Numbered from the stretch's first letter, positions 10,973-21,763 are shown. The stretch is 64,000 nucleotides of DNA from Nitrososphaerales archaeon (GCA_965197925.1 CBDAOC010000019.1:512001-576000), one strand, 5' to 3'. A program made the numbers and translations. Notes: a model not told the origin generated them from the sequence alone.

Positions 10973-11422
10973 ATGTCAGAATTAAGGGTGGGTGATAAAG
11001 CCCCAGAATTTATTGCCGGAACAAGTGGGGGAACAGTACATTTGAGGGATTATAATAATAAGAACTTGGTTGTTTATTTTTATGTTAAAGATCAAACACC
11101 AGGTTGTACAATGCAGTCCTGTAGTTTGCGTGATGGAATAAATAAGATAAAAGAGCAGAAAGCGGAAGTATTAGGAGTCAGTGTCGACGATCTAGAATCG
11201 CATAAACGGTTCATAGAAAAGGAAAATCTAACTTTTCCTCTAGTAGTTGATATAGATTTTAGCATAACCAAAGCATTTGGTGTATTTGATAAAGAAAGAC
11301 AGAGTTCAAGAAGGGTGACATTTATTATAGATAAGAATGGTATAATTGGGCACATATTTTCGAAAGTTGATGTAAGAGTTCATGCGGAAGAGGTTGTGTT
11401 AGCACTTAAAGCGATCAAGTGA
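10973..11422 (+). CDS. bcp: Peroxiredoxin, BCP/PrxQ family
   Basis: Motifs VGDKAPEF, YFYVKDQTPGCTMQSC and RRVTFIIDKNG; probable start MSELRVGD. Confidence 0.9.
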   Translation: MSELRVGDKAPEFIAGTSGGTVHLRDYNNKNLVVYFYVKDQTPGCTMQSCSLRDGINKIKEQKAEVLGVSVDDLESHKRFIEKENLTFPLVVDIDFSITKAFGVFDKERQSSRRVTFIIDKNGIIGHIFSKVDVRVHAEEVVLALKAIK

Positions 11423-11426
11423 TAAG

Positions 11427-12701
11427 ATGCCTAACGTCCTGATAATTGGAAGTGGTGGAAGGGAACATTGTCTGGGCTGGAAGTTAAACAAAAGTTCACT
11501 TGTGGAAAAAACGTTTTTTGCGTCAGGAAATGGTGGCACCTATGAGAACATATCCATTACACCAAATGAAATTGGTAAAATAGTAGAATTTGCTGGAAAA
11601 AATAAGTGTTTTACAGTAATAGGACCCGAGGAACCACTTTCTAGGAGTATTGTAAATGAGTTTGAAAGTAATGGCCTGACAATTTTTGGTCCTAGCAAGG
11701 AAGCAGCAGAACTGGAAACTAGTAAAGTTTGGTCCAAAAACTTCATGAAGAAATATGAGATAAGAACAGCAGGGTTTCATACATTTAACGATATTGAATC
11801 TGCCAAATACTATGTGCAAGAAAGTGATAAACAACTTGTAATAAAAGCCGATGGTTTAGCTGCTGGCAAAGCTGTGTTTGTATGCAATTCGAAACAAGAA
11901 GCATTTGCTGTTCTAGAAAGGATAATGGTCAGAAAAGAATTTGGAGATTCTGGTAATAATGTTATTATAGAGGAACGAATCGATGGCCAAGAAGCCTCCT
12001 TCATAGCGATGACAGATGGTAAAAGGATGATCTCCTTGGCTTCAAGTCAGGATCATAAGAGAATTTATGATGGTGACAAAGGACCCAATACCGGTGGAAT
12101 GGGTGCATGTTCTCCTACACCATTGATAGATCAAAAATTGCATGATAAGATTATGCGAAACGTTATACAGAAAGCTGTAGTGGGAATGAAAAATGAAAAC
12201 AGAAAGTTCAAAGGATTTATCTATGCAGGTCTGATGATTAAAAATGGTGAGCCATATGTTTTGGAGTTTAATGTTAGAATGGGAGATCCTGAATGTCAGC
12301 CTATTTTAGTGCGAATGGAATCTGATCTTTTCCAGTACATGGAATATTGTGTGAGAGAAAAACTAGATGAGTTAGAGGATATGAGATGGAGTAGACGATC
12401 AGCAGTTTGTGTTGTGATGGCATCGAAGGGATATCCAGGCCGTTATGAATGTGGGAAGGTAATAAGAGGTCTTGATAAAATAGTTACAAATACCGTTTCT
12501 GTATTTCACTCGGGAACTGCATGTAATAATGGAGATATAATTACTAATGGAGGACGTGTGCTCGGTGTGACAGCTATTGGAGATGGTATGGAAAATTCGA
12601 TTAAGAATGCATATAACGCGGTTAACAAGATAAACTGGGAAGGTGTATACTATAGAACAGATATAGGAAAGAAAGCTCTGCTTTCCTTGTCAAACAATTG
12701 A
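11427..12701 (+). CDS. purD: Phosphoribosylamine-glycine ligase
   Basis: Motifs GSGGREH, KADGLAAGK, QDHKR..GPNTGGMG, EFNVRMGDPE and TNGGRVL. Confidence 0.96.
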   Translation: MPNVLIIGSGGREHCLGWKLNKSSLVEKTFFASGNGGTYENISITPNEIGKIVEFAGKNKCFTVIGPEEPLSRSIVNEFESNGLTIFGPSKEAAELETSKVWSKNFMKKYEIRTAGFHTFNDIESAKYYVQESDKQLVIKADGLAAGKAVFVCNSKQEAFAVLERIMVRKEFGDSGNNVIIEERIDGQEASFIAMTDGKRMISLASSQDHKRIYDGDKGPNTGGMGACSPTPLIDQKLHDKIMRNVIQKAVVGMKNENRKFKGFIYAGLMIKNGEPYVLEFNVRMGDPECQPILVRMESDLFQYMEYCVREKLDELEDMRWSRRSAVCVVMASKGYPGRYECGKVIRGLDKIVTNTVSVFHSGTACNNGDIITNGGRVLGVTAIGDGMENSIKNAYNAVNKINWEGVYYRTDIGKKALLSLSNN

Positions 12702-12758
12702 TTAGATTTTGAACTTTAAGGGTTTTTGCTGTGCTACACAAATAAGGAAACAATTACG

Positions 12759-13180
12759 TTATTCAACATAATGATGATGAACTAATTGATCATAGAACCT
12801 CACCGACTTGATGTTAACAAACTCTAACATGCCATATCTCGAAAGCTCTCTACCAAAACCACTATTCTTAATACCGCCGAATGGAATCCTTGGATCTGAA
12901 ATCACCACGTTGTTAACACTTGGCCAGATTCTATCAACCTTGACAATTTTTCTGCCTTGTCAAGATCTTGCGTCCATATGCTTGCGCCAAGACCGAATTT
13001 AGAATTATTCGCTAATCTAATTACCTCCATTTCATCCTCGACAACAGTTATCGGTGAAACTGGACCAAAGGTTTCCTCAGACGCTATCCGCATCTTTGGA
13101 GACACCTTGTCTAGAACAGTTGGACTGTAAAAGTAACCTTTGCTCTCTGTCCGTTTGCCTCCTGTAAGAAGCTCTGTTGT
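12759..13180 (-). pseudogene. C-terminal remnant of an aldehyde dehydrogenase (SSADH-like)
   Basis: GYFYSPTVL, EETFGPV and FGLGASIWT, then a frameshift near 12920 to NNVVISDPRIPFGGIKNSGFGRELSRYGMLEF; the N-terminus is missing. Confidence 0.85.
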
Positions 13181-13204
13181 TAGCTTACCTCTATCCACTA
13201 GATT

Positions 13205-13652
13205 TGTCCGTGCTTCCTCCCCTAACGATGCCTTGGCTGTAAGACTATCCATGGACTGCCAATTCCATCCAAATCCCTTAGATTCATCATATTATCCAAG
13301 CAACTTCTTCTACAGGTTGTGGAAAACTCCTTTCTGAACCCAATCCTGAACCCTTTGACATGTAAAGCCTGGAGTGTATTCTTCTTGTGGTATTTTTGCC
13401 ACTGGCATCCAGTACTTAGGACGTATATTATGCTATCCAGTACCTTCCTACATGGTACAATAGGTCTTCCAACCGAATCTCCTGGATTCTCTGGCGGGAA
13501 TCTTTTTCATTTCATTCCATAAATAATCCGGTACATACCATACCGTTAGCATTCTTCTCTTATTTTTCTTCATAGAATGAGATCTGATGAGGTGATCTAG
13601 ATCTGTTTTGTTGGAAGAAATTGGGTCTAACGGTTAATTTTGGGAGAGGCTC
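13205..13652 (-). mobile_element. Degenerate IS5-family remnant 'IS-D' (left end plus ORF A) joined to the ALDH fragment
   Basis: Minus-strand fragments GRPIVPCRKVLDSIIYVLSTGCQW and WQSMDSLTAKASLG; TIR-like GAGCCTCTCCCAAAA at about 13652. Confidence 0.7.
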
Positions 13653-13801
13653 TTAGTGCCATATCTCATTATTCAAAGTGTTTAGAAAACATGTAAGGGT
13701 GATATCGATGTATTTTATCGAAATTTTTATCCATATATTTAAGTCAAATAATCAATAACGTCCTTATAGCATCTAGTTTTATTGTTATATCAAGAAATTG
13801 G

Positions 13802-14473
13802 TTAGGAAATATTTCTCTTCCTAACTCGCTTAATATTGATTGAAACTAAATTCTTGCAAACACTATCTCCCCTTGCGATACAATCTCTCAATTCTACGTC
13901 TATTCCACCTAAGCAAATTTTTAAAAATTTCTTATCAAGTATTTCGCAAGTTAGATCCGCATACTTGCAGGCAACTTCATGCCATATGCAATTCTTTCTA
14001 GTTATTACAAAACTCCCTTTTTCTTGTTCAAAACTTGCTTCAAACCCAAGGTCGTTAAGAATCTTGACCAATGCACGAATACGTTCTTTGATGTCGCTTA
14101 TACCTGAAACACTAGGTATCTGCCTAGCGAGTTGATTTGCAACTAATGACAAAACTTTCTTTGTATTCTCTGGACCGTTTAATTTAATCAACTGATCAAG
14201 TATCGTACTCAGCATTGACACATATTTTCTTGGGAATGTCTCATATCCAACATCTGTTAATCGATAGAATTTCTTTGGTCTCCCGAGTCCGGCCTTCTCA
14301 AAATAATGATCGACAATTCCTTCTCTTTGAAGGGTGTCAAGATGACCCTCAACGGCCGTTCTGTTTATTTTCAGTTTATCCGCTAAATGTCCTAAAGTCC
14401 TTGGACCACCTCGGATATCTGAAAGAATTTTTTGCTTTGTCTCCCCGAGTAGATGGAGTAGGCCAGTTTGCAA
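13802..14473 (-). CDS. ArsR/SufR-like helix-turn-helix regulator with C-terminal Cys cluster
   Basis: HTH LADKLKINRTAVEGHLDTL, wing GRPKKFYRLT, then LGFEA and NC..HEVA..C...DCIARGDSVC. Confidence 0.82.
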   Translation of the reverse strand: MQTGLLHLLGETKQKILSDIRGGPRTLGHLADKLKINRTAVEGHLDTLQREGIVDHYFEKAGLGRPKKFYRLTDVGYETFPRKYVSMLSTILDQLIKLNGPENTKKVLSLVANQLARQIPSVSGISDIKERIRALVKILNDLGFEASFEQEKGSFVITRKNCIWHEVACKYADLTCEILDKKFLKICLGGIDVELRDCIARGDSVCKNLVSINIKRVRKRNIS

Positions 14474-14701
14474 TTAACTTAAAAGAACAATGCATATATA
14501 TATATATTTAAACAGTTTATCTACTTTAGACAGTAAGAAGTGTTTAAATAGGTTCCAAAGTTATGATGATTTATTTATGATGAAAAAACATCATGTAAGT
14601 ATATCACAAAATTATCGAAGGATAGGAGACTCTTTCAATTATACCCACAAAGAATTCCTCTTCGAGAAGCAGTGTGATGAAAAATGGGATGTTAACATTG
14701 A

Positions 14702-15079
14702 ATGGGTGAGGTCTATATGGCTAGGCTAGACTTGCAGAACGAATCCACTAGTCGCAACTTACAAGGGCTTAATAAGACTTTACAGATAAAAACAAAGGTT
14801 GTATGGAAAGAAATAACCTGGCCTTTGTTTGTCTGGAAGAAGACGGGATGTTTTGCATTAGAAGACTACATACACAAATTCTTAGAAAGCGATGAGGAGG
14901 ATGAGTTTTGGATTAAACATTTTGAATTTTGTGGATACATATTTTCTTTGTTAGAAAATGGAATAACGAGGAAGAAAGAGTTAGATTACAAACAAAAATA
15001 TTATCTAGAATTGTATCCTAAAATTCGTAGCGAAACAAGGGTAGATCTAGGTAAGATTATTGGTAATGTGGAGGTATGA
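14702..15079 (+). CDS. Hypothetical protein (possibly the 5' half of a frameshifted gene)
   Basis: 125-aa ORF overlapping the next ORF. Confidence 0.5.
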   Translation: MGEVYMARLDLQNESTSRNLQGLNKTLQIKTKVVWKEITWPLFVWKKTGCFALEDYIHKFLESDEEDEFWIKHFEFCGYIFSLLENGITRKKELDYKQKYYLELYPKIRSETRVDLGKIIGNVEV

Positions 15080-15614
15080 ATATTTGTCATCTCCAAGTCA
15101 AGTTATCGTATTGATGATTAGAGAAGCTGGAATCACTAATATCGATATGCTTTCTTCAGAAACATATAAGCTCAAAGAAATAGCAAATAACTATTATCTT
15201 GATATATCAGGTAAGGTGAAGGAAACAGGAATAAGTAGAGAAATTCTTGGTTCTGTTGCATCCTTGATCTGCTTTCCGAGTAGGGGACAGAAGAAGGTAT
15301 TAGAGTTTCTAATACAATCAGGAGAAGTTACAAAGGATTTCTTGGTAAAGAATTTTGGTCATCCCGCTTACAGTGTAACAGTGCTCACATTGGATGCACT
15401 TGATATGGTCAGCATCGAGTACAGGATTAAGCGCAGAAAATACTCCTCAGGATATAATAGTACAAGAATCGCAGTCGTAATACCCAACCCACAGAAAATC
15501 AAGAATTTCTGGTGTGATCTCTTTCCCGAAGGTTATGAACACAAGAATGATGATACTGTTCAAAATGTTGAGCAGAGGATTCACTCTAGAAGATTATCTA
15601 AACTATTGGGCTGA
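15060..15614 (+). CDS. Hypothetical protein, possibly winged-helix-like
   Basis: 184-aa ORF ending 8 nt before tfb; start uncertain. Confidence 0.55.
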   Translation: MVMWRYEYLSSPSQVIVLMIREAGITNIDMLSSETYKLKEIANNYYLDISGKVKETGISREILGSVASLICFPSRGQKKVLEFLIQSGEVTKDFLVKNFGHPAYSVTVLTLDALDMVSIEYRIKRRKYSSGYNSTRIAVVIPNPQKIKNFWCDLFPEGYEHKNDDTVQNVEQRIHSRRLSKLLG

Positions 15615-15622
15615 GTTTAGAG

Positions 15623-16525
15623 GTGATGGAAGTATTTTCCGGTCATGAATGCTCTGATAACAAGAGCGTTCTGGTGATGGATAAAGAAACTGGGGAACTC
15701 CTTTGTAGTAAATGCGGTATTGTTGTAAGAGAAAGAACTGAAGCATTTGATTCAGAACGGTCAAATTTTTCAAGTATGTATAAAGATGGAAATAGAACCG
15801 GTATGCCTGCATCGCTTGCGGTACACGATATGAATTTGACTACATTCATCAGCCGAGCGGGTAAAGACGCATCCGGAAATCTACTTCAGTCATCGATGGA
15901 CACCACATTTAAGCGGTTACGAACTTGGGATTTGAGAATTCAGATTAAAAAACCTGGAGAAAGAAATCTATGGCAGGCATTCATGGTATTGGATAGGTTA
16001 AGGGCGAAGTTAGGATTAGGTGACGATGTAGTTGAAAAGGCTGCATACATTTACAGAAAGGGTATGCGTTTGGCCCGAGGAAGATCCATAATAGAGCTAG
16101 TCGCTGCATCTCTTTATTTTGCCTGTAAGGATAGCGGAGCAACTAGAACATTAAAGAACATTGCAGATGCAAGCCAAGTAAGGAAGAAGAGGGTAGCAAG
16201 ATGCTATATGGTTTTGGTAAGAGACTTGGATTTGAGGATACCTCTTATCGATCCAATAAAATATGCGGGAAGAATAGCAGATAAAGCCCATCTCAGCGAG
16301 AGAACAAGGAGGAAGGCGATTGATATTCTTAAGCAATCCGAAGTTGTGAAGATATTTTCAGGCAGTCACCCCATGGCTATAGCTGCCGCAGCGTTATATT
16401 ACTCATGCATACTTATGCAAGAGAATAGGACTCAAGAGGAAATGGCTGATGCTGCAGAGATCACTGGGGTTACGCTAAGAAAATTATATAGGAAGCTAGA
16501 AGCTGTTCTTAAGATTAAAACCTAA
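15623..16525 (+). CDS. tfb: Transcription initiation factor IIB paralog
   Basis: Zn-ribbon remnant DKETGELLCSKCG, B-reader RTGMPASLAVHD, cyclin repeats RGRSI..AASLY and TQEEMADAAEITGVTLR. Confidence 0.93.
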   Translation: MMEVFSGHECSDNKSVLVMDKETGELLCSKCGIVVRERTEAFDSERSNFSSMYKDGNRTGMPASLAVHDMNLTTFISRAGKDASGNLLQSSMDTTFKRLRTWDLRIQIKKPGERNLWQAFMVLDRLRAKLGLGDDVVEKAAYIYRKGMRLARGRSIIELVAASLYFACKDSGATRTLKNIADASQVRKKRVARCYMVLVRDLDLRIPLIDPIKYAGRIADKAHLSERTRRKAIDILKQSEVVKIFSGSHPMAIAAAALYYSCILMQENRTQEEMADAAEITGVTLRKLYRKLEAVLKIKT

Positions 16526-17543
16526 TACTTCATCTACCCACGGATTGATTTGCAAAGCGGGAAACCGTCTCAACATTAACATTTTTGACAAAGACCTAGA
16601 ATTAGAGAATTAGAAGAGACAAAAGGAAGATTTCTCATTTAGTCCTACGGTAAAATTTTGGTGATTGCTAGAAAAATTTGGATTGTTGTTGACTTACAAT
16701 CTTTGATTATTATGCTCTAGTTGCTTATCATACTTCATGATAAAAGATAGAAGGTACGATTTGTTCGCTATCTTTGATGAAGATTTCGAAACTATGCTTA
16801 CATAATAATGATATACCAAATAAGAGGTTGTAAGAATGGTTAATTAAAATAATGGAAAACATTGGTAATGGGAGGCCAAATACACTTTAATGAAATTATT
16901 TGCTCAATTGAAGATGCAGTAACCAAAATATTATCATAAGACTCAAAGGGATGCACTAGTAATTCAATTACAATCAAATATTCAAACCCACATTATTATT
17001 TCGAGTTAGATATGATTAAAACAAAATCCAACAATGAACCTAAAAACAAAGATGATGGTTATTGGATACAATTTGCTAGGTATCATCCCGTAGTATAAAG
17101 AAAACACTTTTTGATATTTGGATACGACAACTTGCCCTTAGTTCACAATTTTTAAAAGAATGCAAAAACAATGAAAAAATCTGGGAAGAATTAATAATTT
17201 CATTTAAATCTCAATTATAAAATAGTATGGAAGGCATTCAAGCCATTAAAAATGTAAAAACCAAAAGTCAACAAACAGTACCCTATTGTGCTACGAAAAT
17301 GATGGAACCCCATACCATAGACATCTATTAAGAGAAATTATTCTAGAGCCTAGTCTATTATGGTCTGATTTTATCTCTCAATACACTGACAATCAATAGC
17401 TAATGTTAAGAATTGCCAGTGCTAATAAAGAACGGCATGACATAGCAACTAAAGCCAGAGCCACCATTGGACTCGCTTTATACTTATTTTTAAAATACCC
17501 GTCTAAAAAGTTGTCCTCAAACTAAACATGAGAATAACTTCTC

Positions 17544-18428
17544 TTACTCTATTGCCTTTTTTAGCCAATCCATTATAACGCAAGAAAGCTTTTGTTCTTT
17601 ATTTGTAAAACCATGATCAGCATTTTTTATGATTTCCCAATTGAATATTTTGGAATCACTTTTCTCTTCAAGAATTTTCAAGCATTCTTGTACAGGCTTA
17701 ACTACGTTTACGTCGCTATCTCCAAAAACTGCGAGAATAGGACATCTAATGCTACTAAACTCCTTCAACTTGGAGTCATAGTTGAATAGCCTAGCCTCCA
17801 CATTACGCAAATCAGCATAGCTCAAGAACCTTTTTGCAGTATAATGGGAGATCCATTTGGGCGTAAGTTCGCTACCATATTGCTTCTTCACCATATTTTT
17901 GCATATCGCAACTGCCTTTGTGAAGTTTGTTCCTAATTGTTTTCTTGATAAGTTATAGTCATCACAAGGAGCAAGTAGGACTATTCCTTTGACAATTTTA
18001 TCTCCAATCTTGTACTGATAATAGCATACTTTTTGACATCCCGTGCTATGCCCCAGAAGAATAACTTTCCTGTATCCTAGACTTTTTAAAAAACCTACAG
18101 CCCCATCTATGTCATATACACATGCTTCGAATTTTTCCCTTGCAGTTCCGATTAGCGCTCTTCTTCTGTTTTTCTTTCTGAATGAAAACACCGAACCCAT
18201 CCCCCTATTGGCCGCAAGAAATATGTCAAATTCTGACCCTGTTGCTTGTTGGTGTAGTTTCCAGTAGCGGACAGAAGAAAAAAAATTACCGGTCATCCCA
18301 AATACATTCAAAATGATTTTTTTATTTTTTGGTTTTGAGTGAATAAGGAAACCATTCAGCTCTAGTTTATCCTTTGTATAAAATGTGACAAGCGTTCCTC
18401 TTATTTTCCTAAACCTATTCTCCATCAT
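17544..18428 (-). CDS. Alpha/beta hydrolase (DUF1749-like)
   Basis: Nucleophile elbow GHSTG, FGDSD and ADHGF. Confidence 0.85.
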   Translation of the reverse strand: MMENRFRKIRGTLVTFYTKDKLELNGFLIHSKPKNKKIILNVFGMTGNFFSSVRYWKLHQQATGSEFDIFLAANRGMGSVFSFRKKNRRRALIGTAREKFEACVYDIDGAVGFLKSLGYRKVILLGHSTGCQKVCYYQYKIGDKIVKGIVLLAPCDDYNLSRKQLGTNFTKAVAICKNMVKKQYGSELTPKWISHYTAKRFLSYADLRNVEARLFNYDSKLKEFSSIRCPILAVFGDSDVNVVKPVQECLKILEEKSDSKIFNWEIIKNADHGFTNKEQKLSCVIMDWLKKAIE

Positions 18429-18731
18429 ATAGCATCTACTCCATCACAATTCATCTTTACTTGTTGTTTAAACCCTTTGCTCTTTAAAGGTATAAACGCC
18501 TCATTCTTGAATTAATCCAACTATACAAGTTATTGATAACTTTGCTAATATTTATGGGGGAGCCATTCATATTTTCTTCAACATATTTTTCATTTGTTGC
18601 TTTGTCCTTTTCCCTAATGGTCTCTTATTGGTCTTGGTTATTGTTCCAGTTTGACAAGTCGCAATGACGGAAAATATTTTGATTTTTGGATTCACAAATG
18701 CTTAAATTAGTTCAGGACCGCTTGTAAGCAG

Positions 18732-18880
18732 ATGGGCTACATTTTAGCTAAGTTTTACTTGAAATATCCTAAACTAATTCCTATCCTCTTATTATTACCC
18801 TTTTTCATTGTTCTAATTTTATCCGCACAAGCTAGTCCGGACATTTCTGTGATTTGTAACCCACAAGAAGAATGTATAGT
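18732..18880 (+). pseudogene. 5' fragment of a secreted protein truncated by IS-A copy 2
   Basis: Signal-peptide-like LIPILLLLPFFIVLILSAQA; the frame runs directly into the IS TIR at 18881. Confidence 0.55.
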
Positions 18881-19732
18881 CAACTCATCTCAAAACCCTA
18901 CAATACATCAAAAATGATGCAAGATTAACAAATGCCAGATAGTTTTCTGCCGTTCTTTCATACCTGGTTCTTGTTCTGTGAAATCCATTCTTGAGCCATG
19001 CAAGGAATCTCTCAACTACAAATCTTGTCTTGCTGTAATGTTTGCAATCATTATTTTGCAAGATGAACTTGGGATTTATTTTGTATGGGATGCAACATGC
19101 AATATTTCTATCCCACAAATACATTCTGATGTATTTTGCATCATTTTGTCTGCATAAACTGATTCTATCTGTTGTATTGAATCATCATCAAGATAGTCTG
19201 AAATTGATCCTGTAACATCCATGCATTTTGTACTGTCATGTTCATTTGCTGGACTCAACAGTATGGATATTGGAAATCCGTTACTCTCTACTGCGGCATG
19301 TATTTTTGTACCTGTTATTCTCTTGAATCCATTATATCCAGTTACATTGCCCCTTTTTTATCAGGAATGGATGAAGAGTCAACTGATATTTTTTGCAGAT
19401 TAATTTTGCCAGATTTATGTGCTGAGTGAATAGTACGTGATAGAATCTTTTTCCAGATTCCTTTTTGTTGCCATTTGTTTAACCTTCTGTTTGCAGTAGA
19501 ATCATCACCATATCTTTTTGGCATATCGTCCCATCGGCATCCAGTAGTTAGAACATGGATTATTCCGTTAATGATTTTTCTATCATAATCCCTAGGCCTG
19601 CCAGTTTTTGCATGTGGTGGTATGTGTGATTCCATCATACTCCACTGTTTGTCTGATAATTCTTGGAATTTCATAAAATAATTTTAGATGTCGCTATTCA
19701 TGGATCTAAATGGTTAGTTTTGAGATGAGTTG
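18881..19732 (-). mobile_element. IS-A copy 2, defective
   Basis: Same TIRs and ORFs as copy 1; same 4-nt ADKGYD deletion; lacks one TCTAAATGGT subterminal unit; flanks AGT/GAA show no duplication. Confidence 0.92.
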
Positions 19733-19820
19733 GAAGAAGTATGGAGTCTGAGCTAAACATATCAACAATAAAAACTAGAACCTGAACTTATCGTTTCGAA
19801 CTAAATTACGCCCAAGCCTC
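19733..19820 (-). mobile_element. 88-bp left-end fragment of IS-B
   Basis: The reverse complement closely matches 51523-51610 (GAGGCTTGGGCGTAATTTAGTTCGAAACGATAAG...GACTCCATACTTCTTC). Confidence 0.85.
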
Positions 19821-19947
19821 ATATAATTGTTAAAGTAATTACGATAAGTTTTGAAATTCTTTTTGAAGAATGATCAAAGTTAAATGCATTATTAACGCTA
19901 AAGTTTTGTTGGTACAAAAATGGGCATTAATACTAACATCACTGATT

Positions 19948-21425
19948 ATGGATAGCATTTCTAACAAGAAAAAACTGATAGCGCTACTGATAGCAGTTGT
20001 GCTGTTAGAAGCAACGACTAATGTTGATGTGCTTGACGCACAGTCAGACGATAGCTCCTTTCTTGTACGGACATTGGAGGGTCATACCAGTTTGGTCGAT
20101 GCAGTAGCAGTAACACCAGATGGCAAAGCCATCTCTGCTTCTGCTGACAATACGCCCAAGGTGTGGGATATAGAGTGGTGAAGAGCTGAGGACACTGGTG
20201 GGTCATATGGAATTGGTCTTTGAAGTTGCAGTAACACCAGATGGTAGCAAAGCCATCTCTGCTTCTGCTGACAATACACTCAAGGTGTGGGATATAGAGT
20301 GGGAGGAGCTGAGGACGTTGGAGGGTCATACCGATGCGGTCTTTGAAGTTGCAGTAACACCAGATGGTAGCAAAGCCATCTCTGCTTCTGCTGACAATAC
20401 ACTCAAGGTGTGGGATATAGAGTGGGAGGAGCTGAGGACGTTGGAGGGTCATACCGATGCGGTCTTTGAAGTTGCAGTAACACCAGATGGTAGCAAAGCC
20501 ATCTCTGCTTCTGCTGACAATACACTCAAGGTGTGGGATATAGAGTGGGAGGAGCTGAGGACGTTGGAGGGTCATACCGATGCGGTCTTTGAAGTCACCA
20601 GATGGTAGCAAAGCCATCTCTGCTTCTGCTGACAATACACTCAAGGTGTGGGATATAGAGTGGGAGGAGCTGAGGACGTTGGAGGGTCATACCGATGCGG
20701 TCTTTGAAGTTGCAGTAACACCAGATGGTAGCAAAGCCATCTCTGCTTCTGCTGACAATACACTCAAGGTGTGGGATATAACGAGTATTAAAACCAGTGA
20801 AGAGAGTGGTAAAACCAGTGGATGTCTTATTACCACAGCAGCTTTTGGTTCGGAATTGTCACCGCAGGTGCAGTTCCTGCGTGATTTCAGGGATCAAAAA
20901 ATTATGAACACTTTAGCTGGCAGTAATTTCATGCAAGTATTCAACGCTTGGTACTACTCATTCAGTCCATATGTTGCCGATTATGAAAGGGCACAGCCAT
21001 GGTTGCAGCAAACAGTCAAAACATCCATCTATCCATTAATAGGGATTTTGCAGACATCCGAAAAGGCGAATTCTTCAATAGATGGTGAGTATGGGGCAGT
21101 AGTTGCTGGGCTTATTGCTAGTTCCATGATTGGTGCATTATACTTCTGGCCATTTGCAATCTCTGTAAGACGAGTTCGTATTAATCAATTCAATTACAAG
21201 CTTGCTCTCTCTATGATCGCAGTTGTATCTATTAGTATAATCGCTTCATTAGCAGCAGGCAATGAATATGCTTTGATGGCAAGCACGTCATTGTTTGTAT
21301 TGACTTTAGTTTCAGTTTCAGCAGTGCTATCTGCGAAACTAATCGTAACAGTATTTCATACTGCTGGTAATATGATGGCAAAGAGACTTGGCCCCGAAAT
21401 AATAAAAAAATCCAAACATATCTAG
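19948..21425 (+). pseudogene. Secreted WD40-repeat protein with CFI-box-CTERM membrane anchor, frameshifted twice
   Basis: Signal-like N-terminus; six GH..WD repeats; frame breaks at about 20178 and 20596 (8-nt deletion); C-terminal GCLITTAAFGSELSPQVQFLRDFRD followed by TM helices. Confidence 0.8.
20215..20780 (+). repeat. Near-perfect 123-bp tandem repeat (41-aa WD40 unit)
   Basis: Unit starts at 20215, 20338, 20461, 20584 and 20699 (the fourth unit is 8 nt shorter). Confidence 0.95.
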
Positions 21426-21527
21426 CTACGTTCATCACTTATTCAGCTATTAGCGTTAGTCCGTACATTCGTATTGATAGTAGTATTGGCGATAGTATGG
21501 GCGATTTTGAAGTTGTCCATACCACCC

Positions 21528-21763
21528 CTTCGATCGCGAGGGGTGTACGATCTACCCACATGTGTCCCTAGATGCTTGAGTGATAGAATAAGAATAGATT
21601 CTAACAAATACAGTTCAGTCGTTCGTTGTAATCTTAACAATCCAAGAACAATTTAAGAGACGCAAACCGTCCTCCGCTCTTCACTATATGACCCAGTCAC
21701 TGTCTATACACAATTCATGCTAGGGACATATGTTGGTAGATAGAACACTTCGATCGCGAGGGG
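21528..21763. repeat. 16-bp direct repeats flanking 28-bp imperfect inverted repeats (MITE-like)
   Basis: CTTCGATCGCGAGGGG at 21528-21543 and 21748-21763; 21544-21571 matches the reverse complement of 21720-21747 at 24/28 positions. Confidence 0.8.

Noticed and set aside
16530..17540. AT-rich gaps (also 50720-51240, 52970-53640 and 58850-59380) as ncRNA or origin
   Set aside because: Only short broken frames are visible, with no ORB boxes, C/D pairs or strong structure; probably eroded genes.
20215..20780. 123-bp repeats as a CRISPR array, or the antisense 208-aa ORF as a gene
   Set aside because: There are no unique spacers; the plus strand encodes WD40 units and the antisense ORF is their shadow.
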